A DNA stretch of 63,789 nucleotides, filler included, from Olpidium bornovanus S191 (GCA_017911155.1; 29 parts of 29 records of this genome joined end to end with filler, not necessarily neighbours in it), one strand, 5' to 3'. Shown: positions 50,050 to 61,923, counted from the first letter of the whole stretch. The notes: generated from the sequence alone by a model not told the origin. Translations and numbers: made by a program.

Positions 50050-51069
50050 ATGGTTCTCTACTTCAGAAGCGACGGTAACGGCGTAGACCCCTCCGTCGCC
50101 TGGCCGCTCGTGCAACTGCGGTTTGCGGAGTGGCAACGCAGCATGCTGACCGTCGCCGCCTTGTTCCTGGGGGTTCCTGTGGTTTCTACTTGGCCAAGTC
50201 GTCTCGCCGCCTGCCACGGTATACATGGGCAAGGACAAATTCGAAAGTAATTAAAGCGCGACCCACGTACAACCGCGCCTTTGGGGTGACTCCGCGTAGC
50301 TCTCCCGTGTGCGAACACTGCGGGTACTCACGAGGCGCTCTCAAATTTTGCATCGAGTTTTTCAGACGAGGACTTGATCAAACATGGCTTCCCAGAGGAC
50401 GTGTGGTACGTCAACCGGTTTTCGATTGAGCGTTCGGAGACTCGGTCCCGGGCACTCTGTGAAGTGGGCTGACTCGACAGCAATTCCTTTTTTAAAAAAA
50501 AATAATGACGGAAAAACTTAGGGTACGAGGAAAAGAACAGTGCGCCACCAAATCGTTCTGCAGGCTTCGGCGTGCTTCCCAAGCGGCGCGCGCACAATGT
50601 CGGTCCATCGACAGCATGCGCGCAGCCTCGTCTTCACGGAACTGAAACCAGCGAACCCCCCCCCCCAACCCCCCCCCCCTCTCCTCACCCCCACCGCCCG
50701 GACGCCTCCCCGCGCCGCCGAAGTTCCACGTTGACCGGCTCTCCAGCGCCCACGTGTACTTGCGACTGCAACCGGGAACTTCCTTCTCTGACTGGCAGAA
50801 TATCCCGGAGCCGCTGCTGAAGGACTTGGCTCAGCTTACGAAAGCCAACTCGATCGAAGGTGCCGGGGGGAGATTTTTTGGACGGGTTTTGGACGTCCGG
50901 CGAACGGGAAATGAGGGATTATGTCCCGCCCGTGGCGGAAATTTTGAAACTCCCGGAGCAATCCAGGGAACAAGAAGAACAACGTGACCATTGTGTACAC
51001 GCCGTGGAGTAATTTGAAGAAGACAAGCGGCATGGAAACCGGCCAGGTGTCCTTCAAGAAGCAGTCCAT
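50050..51069 (+). CDS. CCDC25: CCDC25/Jlp2 homolog, first 5 exons (3'-truncated)
   Basis: MVLYFRSD|[17 protein letters not shown]|[13 protein letters not shown]|[15 protein letters not shown]...[11 protein letters not shown]|[29 protein letters not shown]. Confidence 0.9.
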
Positions 51070-51287
51070 GGTGCGTCCCTCTCCTCGCAATCGCCGCGCG
51101 CCGGAATGGATTCCCAAAAGAAGTGCGGAGACGGCGAGTGCAAGGATGCTCCTGAAGGTGTAGGGCCTCGCGGCGACAGATTTCCGCNNNNNNNNNNNNN
51201 NNNNNNNNNNNNNNNNNNNNNNNNNNNNNNNTTAATTAATTAANNNNNNNNNNNNNNNNNNNNNNNNNNNNNNNNNNNNNNNNNNNN

Positions 51288-52298
51288 CATGCGTTTGTTC
51301 ATTACGACTTGGACGTGCTTGTGGGGAAAGAAAAGCCGTTCCAGTTCTTCTCGTAGTTGTTCCCAGCGCGTCCAGCGGTGAGGGTTGCCCTGGCAGTGTT
51401 CGTTTGCGTGGCTTTGCCACAGTATCGCCGCCTGCCCTGTCAGGCGGTGAGTTGCCAGAGCGAGCGTCCCTTGGCTTGATAGGTTTGTTTGTTCCGCGCA
51501 GCCTCAAGTTTGCTGGCGAAATTTGTGAGCGCAGCAGCCCTACCTGAGCCCGAGTAGTTGGGAACCGCCCCCAGCATGGCTCTTGCCAGTAGACCGTTTC
51601 TGGTCTCTTTGGGGTTGCCTTTGTCTTCGGCATAGCCGTGAAGCCTTCGTGTGCTCAAGTCCTCCCAGAGGAATCTCTTGACACGTTCTTGGCGGGCTTG
51701 CTTGTCGCGGTCGCGGTCGGCGTCCGTGTTCTTTTCTTCTGGTTGACGCCTTCTCCTTGGTCCTCTTGCACCTCGGGCGCCGCAGCCGGCATTCTGGAGC
51801 ATTCCTCTGCTCGGGAAAGACGCAGACGGAGGTCCTCCATTTCTCTTTCTCGCTGTCTTCATTCGTCCTCCAGTCGGTGGCGCTCTTTGAGCGCCCGGAG
51901 GGAATCCGCTAACGATAGGCGGGAGAGGCGGGAGGTCGTCGACGTGGCGCCGTTGTGGGTCTCGGGGCGCGCCAGTGCTCCCGGCATACTTGCTGGTCAC
52001 GCAGCCGCAGTCGGCTGCTGCGTCTCGGGAGTTGGCGGCTCTCCATGGTCGGCCTTTCCCTTTCCTCTTCTTTGCTTTGGACAGGGAGTCGTTGGTTTGG
52101 GCTCATAACCTGTTGGAGCCGGGCCGAAGACGAAGACGAAGAAAGGAGAACTTTATTCTGTGTTCTGGGCGTCTGTTTACTAGTTTGCTCTAGCTCTATT
52201 TTATACCACGGGAGCTGGGGATTCTACAAAGGGGCAACGCGGGCTGGTGCGCGCAGTGTCTAACCTTCCCCCTTTATTTTGCCCCTTTATTCTCTACA
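51288..52298 (-). mobile_element. 5' end of an LTR element: about 188-bp LTR, half-tRNAiMet PBS, degenerate first ORF
   Basis: Minus strand TGTAG...CCAACA (52298-52111) is followed immediately by GGTTATGAGCCC (52110-52099). Downstream coding is interrupted by stops. Confidence 0.7.
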
Positions 52299-52480
52299 GG
52301 GGAAACTCGCCGGGGAGGCCAGTCGCTTTTCGAAGGTGGGGGGGGGGGCTGGGCCGCGCGCGCGCTCTCGCGGGGGGGGCGGGGGGGGGGGGGGGGGGGG
52401 GCGACGGCCAATCCTCCTCCTCCTCCTCCGCTCTCTCGCCCCTTCCCACGCGGGCGCGACCCCGCAGAGAGTGCGCCCCC

Positions 52481-52564
<84 letters not shown>

Positions 52565-52675
52565 CCCCCCCCCGCNNNNNNNNNNNNNNNNNNNNNNNNN
52601 NNNNNNNNNNNNNNNNNNNTTAATTAATTAANNNNNNNNNNNNNNNNNNNNNNNNNNNNNNNNNNNNNNNNNNNN

Positions 52676-53827
52676 CATGAGTGACTACCGGGGCGAACGT
52701 CTCGTCGAAATGGACTCCTTCAGATTGCGTGAAGCCGCGTGCGACGAAACGAGCCTTGTGCCTATCGATGGTACCGTCTGGTGGTAATTTGGTTTGGAAA
52801 ACCCATTTGCTGGCGCAAATGTTGACGTTGTCGCCAGCTGGGCTCGGAACTAAAGTGAAAGTTGAATGGCGTATCAGACTGTTTAGCTCAGAGTCCATTG
52901 CTTTGCGCCATTCACGAGCATAAGGAGAACGCATAGTTTCCTTGACTGTAAGTGGGTCACGAAGATTCTACGCAGCCGCGACCAAGGCGCAAGCTGAGGG
53001 GTCATTGTCCTGAATACTGCGTGGGACGGGCAGCCTGTGTCGGATAAAATATGAACGCAGCAGGCGATTACAGGATAAATTTCGGATAGGCTCCCAAGTG
53101 TTTTCAGAAGCAGGAAAACCTTTCCATTTCAGCAAGAACTGCAAAGTCCCATTGTCGTCGTGCCGGTGGGCAAGGATACGCTCGACTGCGAAGTCGTCGG
53201 AGCTTGTTTCATCTTGCTCGTCGAAGGATGTAACATCTATAGGCGTGTAACCTGGTGCATTGCAGAACATTGCATTTTCATCGAAAATGACATCATACCG
53301 CTCTATTATGAGGTTGTCCTCCGGCGTTCAGATCCAGTAACCTTTCAACACAGGTGAGTACCCGACCAAGTAGCCGATTTTTGCAGCATCACCGAGTTTT
53401 CCTTCACGTTCATGCTTTTCCAAATGAAAGAAAACCTTGCAACCGAGGACGCGCAGAGGGGTGAGATCGGCGGTATACGCAGAGTCACCGGATAAAACAT
53501 GGTATGCTTCAATGGGTAAGCCGCCCTTTAACTTGGAATGTGGCGACCGATTGTAAAGAAAGACGACGGCGGTCCAAAGTTTGTCCCAGAGTCCCAGAGG
53601 CAAGCCCGAGTGAGAGAGGACGGCGCGTACGTGCTCCAAGATTGTTCGATTGAAGCGCTCGGCTATACTGTTTTGCTGAGGAGTAGGGCGTATTGTGAGT
53701 TGAGTGGTAACTCCCTTCTCCCGCAAGTAGGCAGAGAAGGCATCAGACAAGTACTCCCAGCCACGGTCCGTGTGCAAGGACAGAATCTTGGTACCTGTAA
53801 AGCGCTCAGCTTCAACTTCCAATGTGC
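52676..53827 (-). mobile_element. Ty1/Copia pol fragment: integrase - chromodomain - RT in one frame (two nonsense codons)
   Basis: Copia integrase (LHTDRGWEY, PQQNSIAERFNRT, LRVLGCKVF, GYLVGYS..KGYWI*..RYDVIFDE), chromodomain 53192-53046, then Copia RT start (DPLTVKETMRSP..EWRKAMDSELNSL, KWVF, KARFVARGFTQ, ETFAPVV). Confidence 0.92.
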
Positions 53828-54354
53828 TGTAGCACGGCCCTCGAACCGCCCGTCGACCGACGCCACGGAAGGCGGGCGGCGGGCGAAGGGCGGCGGGCAA
53901 AGGGCGAGAGGCGGTCGAAGGGCGGAGGCGGCGGCGGGATCGAGGGCAGGACGGCCCCCGAACCCGGGGGCCGACCAATAGTGCGATGTGCGAACGCCGC
54001 CGCCTGCTCCTGCCGCCCGCCCGTACTTCTCCCTCCGGCCCCCGGGCGCCACAACCGCACCGCCCGCCGGTGCCACCCGTTCCTGCCGCCCGCTCCCGCC
54101 ACAACCACACCGCCCGCACTCCCCAACCGCAAGCAACAACGAAGCGGAAGCGCAGGCGAAGACAAAGGAGGACGCCGGACCATGGAAGGCGAGAGCGCCG
54201 GAGCAAGCCCCGCCCATGCGGGGCAAGACCCGCAACCGCGGGGCAAGACCTGCANNNNNNNNNNNNNNNNNNNNNNNNNNNNNNNNNNNNNNNNNNNNTT
54301 AATTAATTAANNNNNNNNNNNNNNNNNNNNNNNNNNNNNNNNNNNNNNNNNNNN

Positions 54355-55784
54355 GAAAGATTCTCGACATACAGAACGGTCAAAGTCACATCGTCCATTC
54401 CACCTTGGAGGGCAGCAGCTAACGTATTAAACTTAGTAGTAAACTGTTGAACGGTCATGGATGTCTGCTTCAGGGACCGAATCTGGCGATTTGCCTCCAG
54501 CGACTCATATTGCGAGCCGTAATGTTGACGGAGCAGTTCCTTCATCGATGCCCATGACTCCTCGTTGCCAGTGTCGACTTGGGCGAACCACAAGGATTCC
54601 GGAGGACCGGTTAGTTTATTAACCGCAATCATAAGTTGCAGCGTCGAAGATGTTTGCGCAAACGTAAAATACATGTCGAGTTTGCTGATGAAGGAGCATA
54701 GTTGGCTAGCACCTCCGGTCCTGTCGAACTTCGCGATATTGGCGAGCGTAGAGCGAACTGATTTGGCGGACTCGGTAGGAGGTGACAAGGCTTTGCGCTG
54801 ATCGCGATGACGATGCGGACGGTCTGAACGTTCTTTGTCGCAGAGAAGGGCAGCGACTTGGGCCTTAAGGATTTCGATGTCTTCAGCATGTGGTGATTGG
54901 TGACGGTCTGATGGCGACGCAACCGCGGGAGGCGGTGAAGGCATGGTAGAGTCAAAACCATAATCACTTTGAAAGCGTTGCCTGGAGAAGATGGCACCTC
55001 TGCTAGGCTTGGTGGCGCTTGACTGTCCGTCAAGTTGACGTTCGTCCTCGAGAGGCATGGTAAGAAAGCGGCGGCGGCGACTAGAGAAAGTGGCGGCGGC
55101 GACTAGAGAAAGCGGCGGCGGCGACTAGAGAAAGCGGCGGCGGCGGCTAGAGAAAGATGGTGGGTGAGCTGCGGCAGCTGTGGCTAAAGAAGGCGGCGGC
55201 GGCGGCCAGAGAAAGCGGCGGCGGCGGCCAGAGAAAGCGGCGGCGGAGCGCAGCGGTGGATGCGCAGCGGGAAAGCGCAGAGGCGGCGAAAAGAGCAGCG
55301 GCTGCCGGAAAGCGGGCGGCGCTGCGGCGAGCCGGAAAGGCGCAGCGGCGGCGGCGGCGGCGGTGAGCAGCGGCGGCGGCGGCGGCGGCGGTGAGCAGCG
55401 GCGGCGGCGGCGGAAAAGCGCAGCGGCGGCGGCGGCGAAAAAAGCGCAGTGTCTGCCGGAAAGCGGCGGCGATGGTGAGCGGCGGCTGCGGCGGAGGATG
55501 GCGCTGCGGAGGGCGGCGGCGGCGAAAAGCGGCAAAAAGCGCAGCGGCGGCGGTGGCGGTGAGCAGCGGCGGAGGGGCGACGGAGGGAGCGCCGACGCGT
55601 CAACGGGAGGGAAAGGGGCGTCCCGTTGGGCTCATAACCTGTTAAGTTATGTGTTTTCGCCACGGGGGGCGTTGTATTGTACAGGGGATTTTACGCGTTA
55701 TAAGGACTGAAACATTTAAGGGGTTCTGACTAACCGCCGGGGACCTAAACGAGAAGGAAGAAAAGAAAAGGAGAAATTCCAACA
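54355..55784 (-). mobile_element. 5' end of a Gypsy-gag element: 145-bp LTR, half-tRNAiMet PBS, GCC-rich leader, gag
   Basis: LTR 55784-55640 (TGTTGG...TTAACA), PBS 55639-55628, gag from 55058 with a Retrotrans_gag-like pattern (W..MKELLRQHY...ANRQIRSLKQ..TVQQFTTKFNTLA). Confidence 0.85.
55070..55150. repeat. 22-bp tandem repeat GCGGCGGCGGCGACTAGAGAAA, about 4 copies
   Basis: Direct reading; lies just upstream of the gag ATG. Confidence 0.85.
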
Positions 55785-57064
55785 GAAACAGTCCGCCCGT
55801 TGCTGGAACGGCGACCTGGACTCCACGCTCCGAGACCTTGATTTCGTCCCCGTGCGCGGTGAACCCTGCCTTTATGTTTTGCGCTCCGGCTTTCCTTCCC
55901 AAGACGCCACCGCGCAAGGAGGGGATGAGTCTGCACCCACCGCGCACAAGCACGCACCCATCGCACACGATATTTCCCATCCCAGATTCTTCCACTTCCC
56001 GTGATTTTGACCCCGCTCTTGAACCCATCTCGTCCATCTCAATAATCATCGCAACTTGGGTCTACGACTTGATAACCACCGGACTCGACGCCTCATTTCT
56101 TTGCCAAATCGAACAGGCTCTCAACGCAAAGTTCCCGCTGACGGACTCCGGTGCCCTCACCCATATCCTTGGCGTCCAAGTTCTACGGGTCGACAACGAC
56201 ATGTACCTCGTCCAGCGGCATTATCTCGAAGCCGTTCTCGAACGCTTTCACCACACGACATGCAACCCAGAACAGACCTCGCTCGATGTCACCGCCATCC
56301 GCACCCTGGCCTCGCGTGAAGATCACGCGCCTGCGGCTGAGCGCGGAAAATACGGCAAACTCATCGGGTCACTCCTATACCTCTCAACCAGGACGCGCCC
56401 TGACATCACAGCGGCAGTCGGTTTCCTGTCCCGATTCACAGCCAATCCCTCACCAGCACACTGGTCGGCCCTGAGGCGTGTCTTGCGTTACTTACGCGGC
56501 ACCGCCGACTTCGGCATACGTTTCCCGGGACGCAAAGAGGGTGATGACCTCACCACAAACATCAACACACACTCCGATTCCGACTGGGCCTGTGCAGTGG
56601 CAGATCGGAAATCCACCACCGGATACCTGATCCCCTTCGGCTCCGCACCAATCGCCTGGCGCAGCGGTAAACAGTCCTGCGTCGCAACTCCTCAGTAAAC
56701 AGTCCTGCGTCGCAACTCCTCAACGGAAGCCAAAGTCATTGCGGCGTCAGAGGTGTGCAGAGAGCTCATGTGGCTGAAGCAGATTGTGGAAGACACTCTC
56801 GGAAACCCAGCACCCATCCAGCTAAAAATCGATAATCTTGGCGTTATCGACATTGCCAAAGACACACGGCACATCTCCAGGCGCAGCAAAGATATCGAAG
56901 TCCGCCACCTCTACGTCGGCGACTGCGTCGCACGCGGAAAAATCGAGGTCTTCCCCGTTTCGTCAAAGGACAACCTGGCTGACTTCTTCACGAAAGGCCT
57001 CCCGGTCGCCGACTTCTCTCGACACCGCACCGCCATCGGCATCGTGCATGCCCCTCCGACCTAG
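55785..57064 (+). mobile_element. Degenerate Ty1/Copia RT-RNase H
   Basis: KQSARCWN, EPCLY, YVDD decayed to WVYD, YGKLIGSLLYL..TRPDI, RVLRYLRGT, SDSDWA..RKSTTG, WRSGKQ, TEA, DN, KDIEVRHLY, LADFFTK. A 28-bp tandem duplication (56667-56722) shifts the frame. A purine tract GAGGAGGG follows near 57090. Confidence 0.92.
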
Positions 57065-57460
57065 CTAACACGACAAGACTTCGTCGACGAGGAGGGCACC
57101 GAATCAAGAAGCGGGAACTGCGCGAAGAGATGCCAAGACCGGGAACCCGTCCCTTTTACGGAATCCNNNNNNNNNNNNNNNNNNNNNNNNNNNNNNNNNN
57201 NNNNNNNNNNTTAATTAATTAANNNNNNNNNNNNNNNNNNNNNNNNNNNNNNNNNNNNNNNNNNNNCCCCCCCCACCCCCCCCCACCCCCCCCAACCAAA
57301 AACCCCCCCCCCCCCCAAAAAAAAAAAAAAAAAAAAAAAAAAAACACACACGAAGACGACGACGACGAAGACGACGACGACGACGACGACAAACCGCGAG
57401 ACTATTGTGAGGGGATCATCACCCCCTCATCAGCGGGGAGAGGAAAAAATTAAATAAAAA

Positions 57461-59254
57461 ATGCGGTCGTCCGTACTGCTCGCCGTCCTTGCCGCGGCAT
57501 CTGCGTCCGCCGCCCTGGTTGACGTCGGCGCGCTCGGCCTGCGGCACTTGCAGCCGCTCTCGGGCGTCGGCAGGTTTTTTAAGGACTGCGCCGAGGGCGT
57601 CGCTCGCATTTTTTCCGGCCACCTGCCGTTCGAGAAGGTGGCGAGGGTCGACAGGCACTCGCGCAAGGACGGGGAGTGCGCGGCCGTCGTCCGCAGGTGG
57701 AACGGCGATCCGAGGAAGGAGCGCTGCCGCGACTTTTTCCGCAAGGACGGCCGCCGCCGCGAAGACGTCTGCGAGGAGGATGGGTGCCACGAGTTCATCC
57801 GGGAAGCGTTTGGCGAGATCCTCGGCGTCTGCAGGCCCAACCTGCCCAGGAGGAGCGACGCGTACGTCGCCGACCAACTCAAGCCGGCGTTTTTCGCCAA
57901 CGACAGGGAGTACACCGTCGCCAAGGTCGCGACCATGTGCGACAGGGCGGCTGACGACCAAGGGTACTGCCACCAATCGCAGTTGGCGGCCTTCTTTGCC
58001 AACCCGATCTTGGGAAACGCCGAGCGGGATATCCAGACCTTCCTCGACGCCGCCTGCCGGGAGACGACCTGCAAGGCTTCGCTCATCAACGAGGCTCGTT
58101 TCGTGGTGAAGAGCAAGAAGCTTTTGGGGATTCCCACTGCGTTTGACCCAGACAACCTCTGCCCGGCCGAGTCGAAAGTCCCCGCCGATAACAAACCCGA
58201 CGTGCCGGTCTGCGTTGAAGGCGAGTACTTGGACGAGCGCGAAACTCCTGGTTTCCGCTGTAAGGTTGCTGAGGAAGACGATGGGCGTCCAACATACTCC
58301 GTTGCAAACGACAACCCTTCCAGCAAAGGATCCTTGCCCTCCTCCTCTGAGAAGCCATCAACCCCTATTGTCGCACCGGTGGCGGCTGCGGCTTCCGCTG
58401 CCTTCGACTTAATGGACATCCCCGATTCCGCCTCCGCCTTTGAAGCTTCTCGCATTATCCTTTCCGGTTCTCGCAAAGCTCGTTCCGGTTTCCGGAACAC
58501 CGGCCAAGCTGCGTCTAGAACCGCCGGGGGCGATGCGCAAAACGGCGGCGGCAATGCGTCGGATGACAACTACGGCGTCGGCACTGTGTCCCACGTCATT
58601 CCCCCCGGCTCTCACGCTCTTGGCGACAGCGGCGAAGTTGCACCCGAAATTGCCGGCGACGCTGCGCGACTCGAAAACGGCTATGCGACGAACCGCGGCG
58701 AAGGCGACGCGTTCGACGTCGAAGGCGCGTCTGACGGCGTCGGCAACGACAGCGAAGTCGGAACCGCGTTCGGCGACAACTTTCTCGCCTCCCACGGTGC
58801 TCTCGCCGGTCCCGGCGATCGCGGTATGCCCGGAATTGCCCGGGGCGCTGCACGAGACGGCGATCGGAAGACATCCGACGACGACGCCGGCGCCGGCGCC
58901 GGTGCGCGGACCGCCGATATTGGCGAGCCCATCGCGCTCGCCGGCGATCTCACGTCGCTCGCCGATTTTGACGGCGCCGCTGTTACGAACGCTTTTGCTG
59001 ACGCGCCCGCGGTCGACGTGCCGATTGAGAACGCATACCCAGGCGGCAACGACGTCAGCCTCGCGCCCATTGATGCAATGAGCCAGACGAGCGGGGCGCG
59101 CAAAGTGGTCGGACCCGCGACGGCCGAGGACGGCCGGCCAGGTTCGCAGGCGGCGGGCAAGGGCGGTGAGCAGAGCGGGATCTCGGCCGTCCACGTGTCC
59201 GCCGCCAACTTCGCCGCCGGAGTGGCGGTCGTCGCCGCGGGCGCCTTCATCTAG
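57461..59254 (+). CDS. Secreted, probably GPI-anchored, Cys-rich surface protein (597 aa, single exon)
   Basis: Signal peptide MRSSVLLAVLAAASASA, about 14 Cys in the first 270 aa, D/G/A/S-rich stalk, and C-terminal small residues plus a hydrophobic tail (…FAAGVAVVAAGAFI*). Confidence 0.8.
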   Translation: MRSSVLLAVLAAASASAALVDVGALGLRHLQPLSGVGRFFKDCAEGVARIFSGHLPFEKVARVDRHSRKDGECAAVVRRWNGDPRKERCRDFFRKDGRRREDVCEEDGCHEFIREAFGEILGVCRPNLPRRSDAYVADQLKPAFFANDREYTVAKVATMCDRAADDQGYCHQSQLAAFFANPILGNAERDIQTFLDAACRETTCKASLINEARFVVKSKKLLGIPTAFDPDNLCPAESKVPADNKPDVPVCVEGEYLDERETPGFRCKVAEEDDGRPTYSVANDNPSSKGSLPSSSEKPSTPIVAPVAAAASAAFDLMDIPDSASAFEASRIILSGSRKARSGFRNTGQAASRTAGGDAQNGGGNASDDNYGVGTVSHVIPPGSHALGDSGEVAPEIAGDAARLENGYATNRGEGDAFDVEGASDGVGNDSEVGTAFGDNFLASHGALAGPGDRGMPGIARGAARDGDRKTSDDDAGAGAGARTADIGEPIALAGDLTSLADFDGAAVTNAFADAPAVDVPIENAYPGGNDVSLAPIDAMSQTSGARKVVGPATAEDGRPGSQAAGKGGEQSGISAVHVSAANFAAGVAVVAAGAFI

Positions 59255-60018
59255 ATTTTCGAGCAAAACGTGTCGCGGGTCCGCAAGATGCGCCTACAGC
59301 ATCGCTAATAGATTATTTGCAGACGATCCCCCCGCTGGTTTTGAACTAAACGAAAAACTTAGATCTAGACGCAGCCGTAATTCCCTTCCTTCCCCCCCAC
59401 TTCCCCTTCCCCTTTTCCCCCGAATACCGAAAGCGATCGGGGAGATCAACACCCCGGCGCCTGTCTGAAAGCGCGCGGACGCGATTTTGTCGAGTGGGCG
59501 GGGCCCGGTGCAACTCAGAATTCCGGACCGCAGTTCAAAGCAAGGGGTCGCAGACCGTTGTGGTCGCGAACAAAGGCCGGCAGAACTTTTTGACACGTCG
59601 CCATCCGGGATACCGTTGATTGCGCTTGAATAGGCTTCCACACCCCCCCTAGCTCCCTTCCCGGCCCCCGCACGCGTCGGGACACATGCAGCTTGGACGA
59701 CCCCGCAGAAAAGCCACCGCACGTTTTGCATCCGCCGGTCGGGATATGAATTTTATGCCGTCACACACCACTGCAGATTATACCTGACTACCGAGGCCGA
59801 AAAAGNNNNNNNNNNNNNNNNNNNNNNNNNNNNNNNNNNNNNNNNNNNNTTAATTAATTAANNNNNNNNNNNNNNNNNNNNNNNNNNNNNNNNNNNNNNN
59901 NNNNNCATGCGCCACCTTCCTCTCCGCCCGCCCCTTCTTTGCGCTGCGGGATTGATGACGCCCGTGTGATCTTTCTCTCCTTCCGCTGTTCTCTCTCTGT
60001 CTCTCTGTCTCTCTGTCC

Positions 60019-60049
<31 letters not shown>

Positions 60050-61923
60050 TCTCTCTGTCTCTTTCTCACTGCTCTCTCTTTGTCTCTCTCTCTCTCACAC
60101 TGTATATCTCTCTCGTTGTCTCTTTCTTTTGCCTCCTGGTCTGGAAATAACTGGGGCGCGCGCGGAAGTTTTTTTTTTTTTTCTCCGTAGAATTGCCCTG
60201 ACCAACCCCCCCCCTCTTCCCCTCTTCCCCTCTTCCCCTCTTCCCCTCTTCCCCCCTTTCCCCACATCACCCCCTTACCACCCCCCTCCCCCCGTTCCCC
60301 ACGAGGGTCGGAACGCGCCACGAGGGGGGCTTTCCCGCCGCCCCCTTCGTCGCCCCCCCCCGAAGGGCGAACACACACATCTGGAGGAGACGCGGCTCAG
60401 GACAAGAATGACGACACCGTTTCCCTTTCCTATCTTTCTCTCTTTCTTTCTCTCTCTCGGTCTCTCGCGCTCGCTCGTTCTCTTTCTTTCTTCACTCATT
60501 CCATCCGCTCTCCAGAGGGACTGATTATAGACGGGACAGAAAGAGAGAGAGTGCGTGCGTGCGTGCGTTCGCGTCCTTCCGGCTCTGAACAGAATATCAA
60601 CAGGGGAAACAGAGAACCCCACCGCCGTTCCCCGCTCATCCCGCGAACTCACCCCGCCCCGCCATCCCCACATTTTTATACACAGTCCGACGTCACGTTA
60701 CGCCGTCGCTTTCTGCTGCACTCATGTTCGGCCTCGTCGCGAAGCTCAAGGGGTCGTACTTCTGGACCTCGCTGAAGGTGGGAGAGAGCGGGTGGGTTTC
60801 CTCGGAGGAGAGAGCGGGAGAGGGGAGAGAGACAGAGAGAGAGAAAGAGAGAGAGCCAGAGGGACCACGGATCGGAAAAGCCCCAGCGTCACCCCACAGC
60901 CGGCCGGCCTGCTGGGTGGCGCACACACGTTGGCCCCCTCTTTCCCCCACCCTCTTCTCCGCCACACGCACACGCCCTGCGGGGTGTTCGTTCTCCTCGC
61001 GCGTCATTCCGTCCTTCCATGGCAGTACCGCCCAACTGGCCACCTCATTCTCAATCGGCAGTATCGGCCTCGCCCCTGTCATCNNNNNNNNNNNNNNNNN
61101 NNNNNNNNNNNNNNNNNNNNNNNNNNNTTAATTAATTAANNNNNNNNNNNNNNNNNNNNNNNNNNNNNNNNNNNNNNNNNNNNCATGATACTTGCTTGGC
61201 CCGTGAGACGGTTTGTGGCCATTGCCAGCTAGTCTTTCTTGTCCAGGCCTGCTTGTTCGAATGCGGATTCCAGCTTGGCAATGAAGTTTGCGAGGTTTGT
61301 TGCTCTGCCTGTGCCCGAAAAGGTTGGGAGTGCCGCTAGTAGTGTTTTCCCACCGCCGCTCCTCTTCTCTTTTGTGGTGGGGAGCTCATTGTCGCTGTCG
61401 TTTTTGCTGTTGACGTGGTCGCGTGTGACGAGTTCTTCGATGGTTTGTTGGTAGTCCTAAACTTGTTTGGTCAGGGCGCTTATTTGCTTCCATAGGACTT
61501 GTACTTCCGAGTCTGCGTCTGCTGCTGCCCGGCGTTTTTCCTGTTTTGCTCTTTCTCTTTGAAGAAGCACGGAGTCCACGATTCTTTGCAAGTGCGTAGA
61601 CAGCCTTGACATTCTGGTGTTCTGCGAGAAGGCGGAGTCTCTGGATTCACTTCGTCCGTGGGCGCCGGGCATCGTGGCATCCGCATTGGGGTTCTTCCTC
61701 TTTCAGTCGTGGCGTAGTAAGCATACGCCGTGTTCTCCTCTGCTTCTGCCGTTTGGAGGGCTCCCGGCAAGCCGTGTGCGTGCCGTCGTCCTCCCTCTCC
61801 CAGCACTTCACTTATGCTGAGTTGTGGGCGTTCTTCCATGGTTCCGCGTCCGCGTATGGGGAGTAAAAGGTTTGTGTTTGCTTCTTTGACGGGGTGTCTG
61901 CGGTTTGTGTTGCGCATCAAAAG

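Noticed and set aside
52262-52280. PPT directly upstream of the contig-24 LTR (tandem shared LTR)
   Set aside because: A better TG boundary (TGTAG at 52298) places this purine run inside the LTR.
60680-60780. bL33-like words (KYDP, VRRHV)
   Set aside because: The two motifs are on opposite strands; coincidence.
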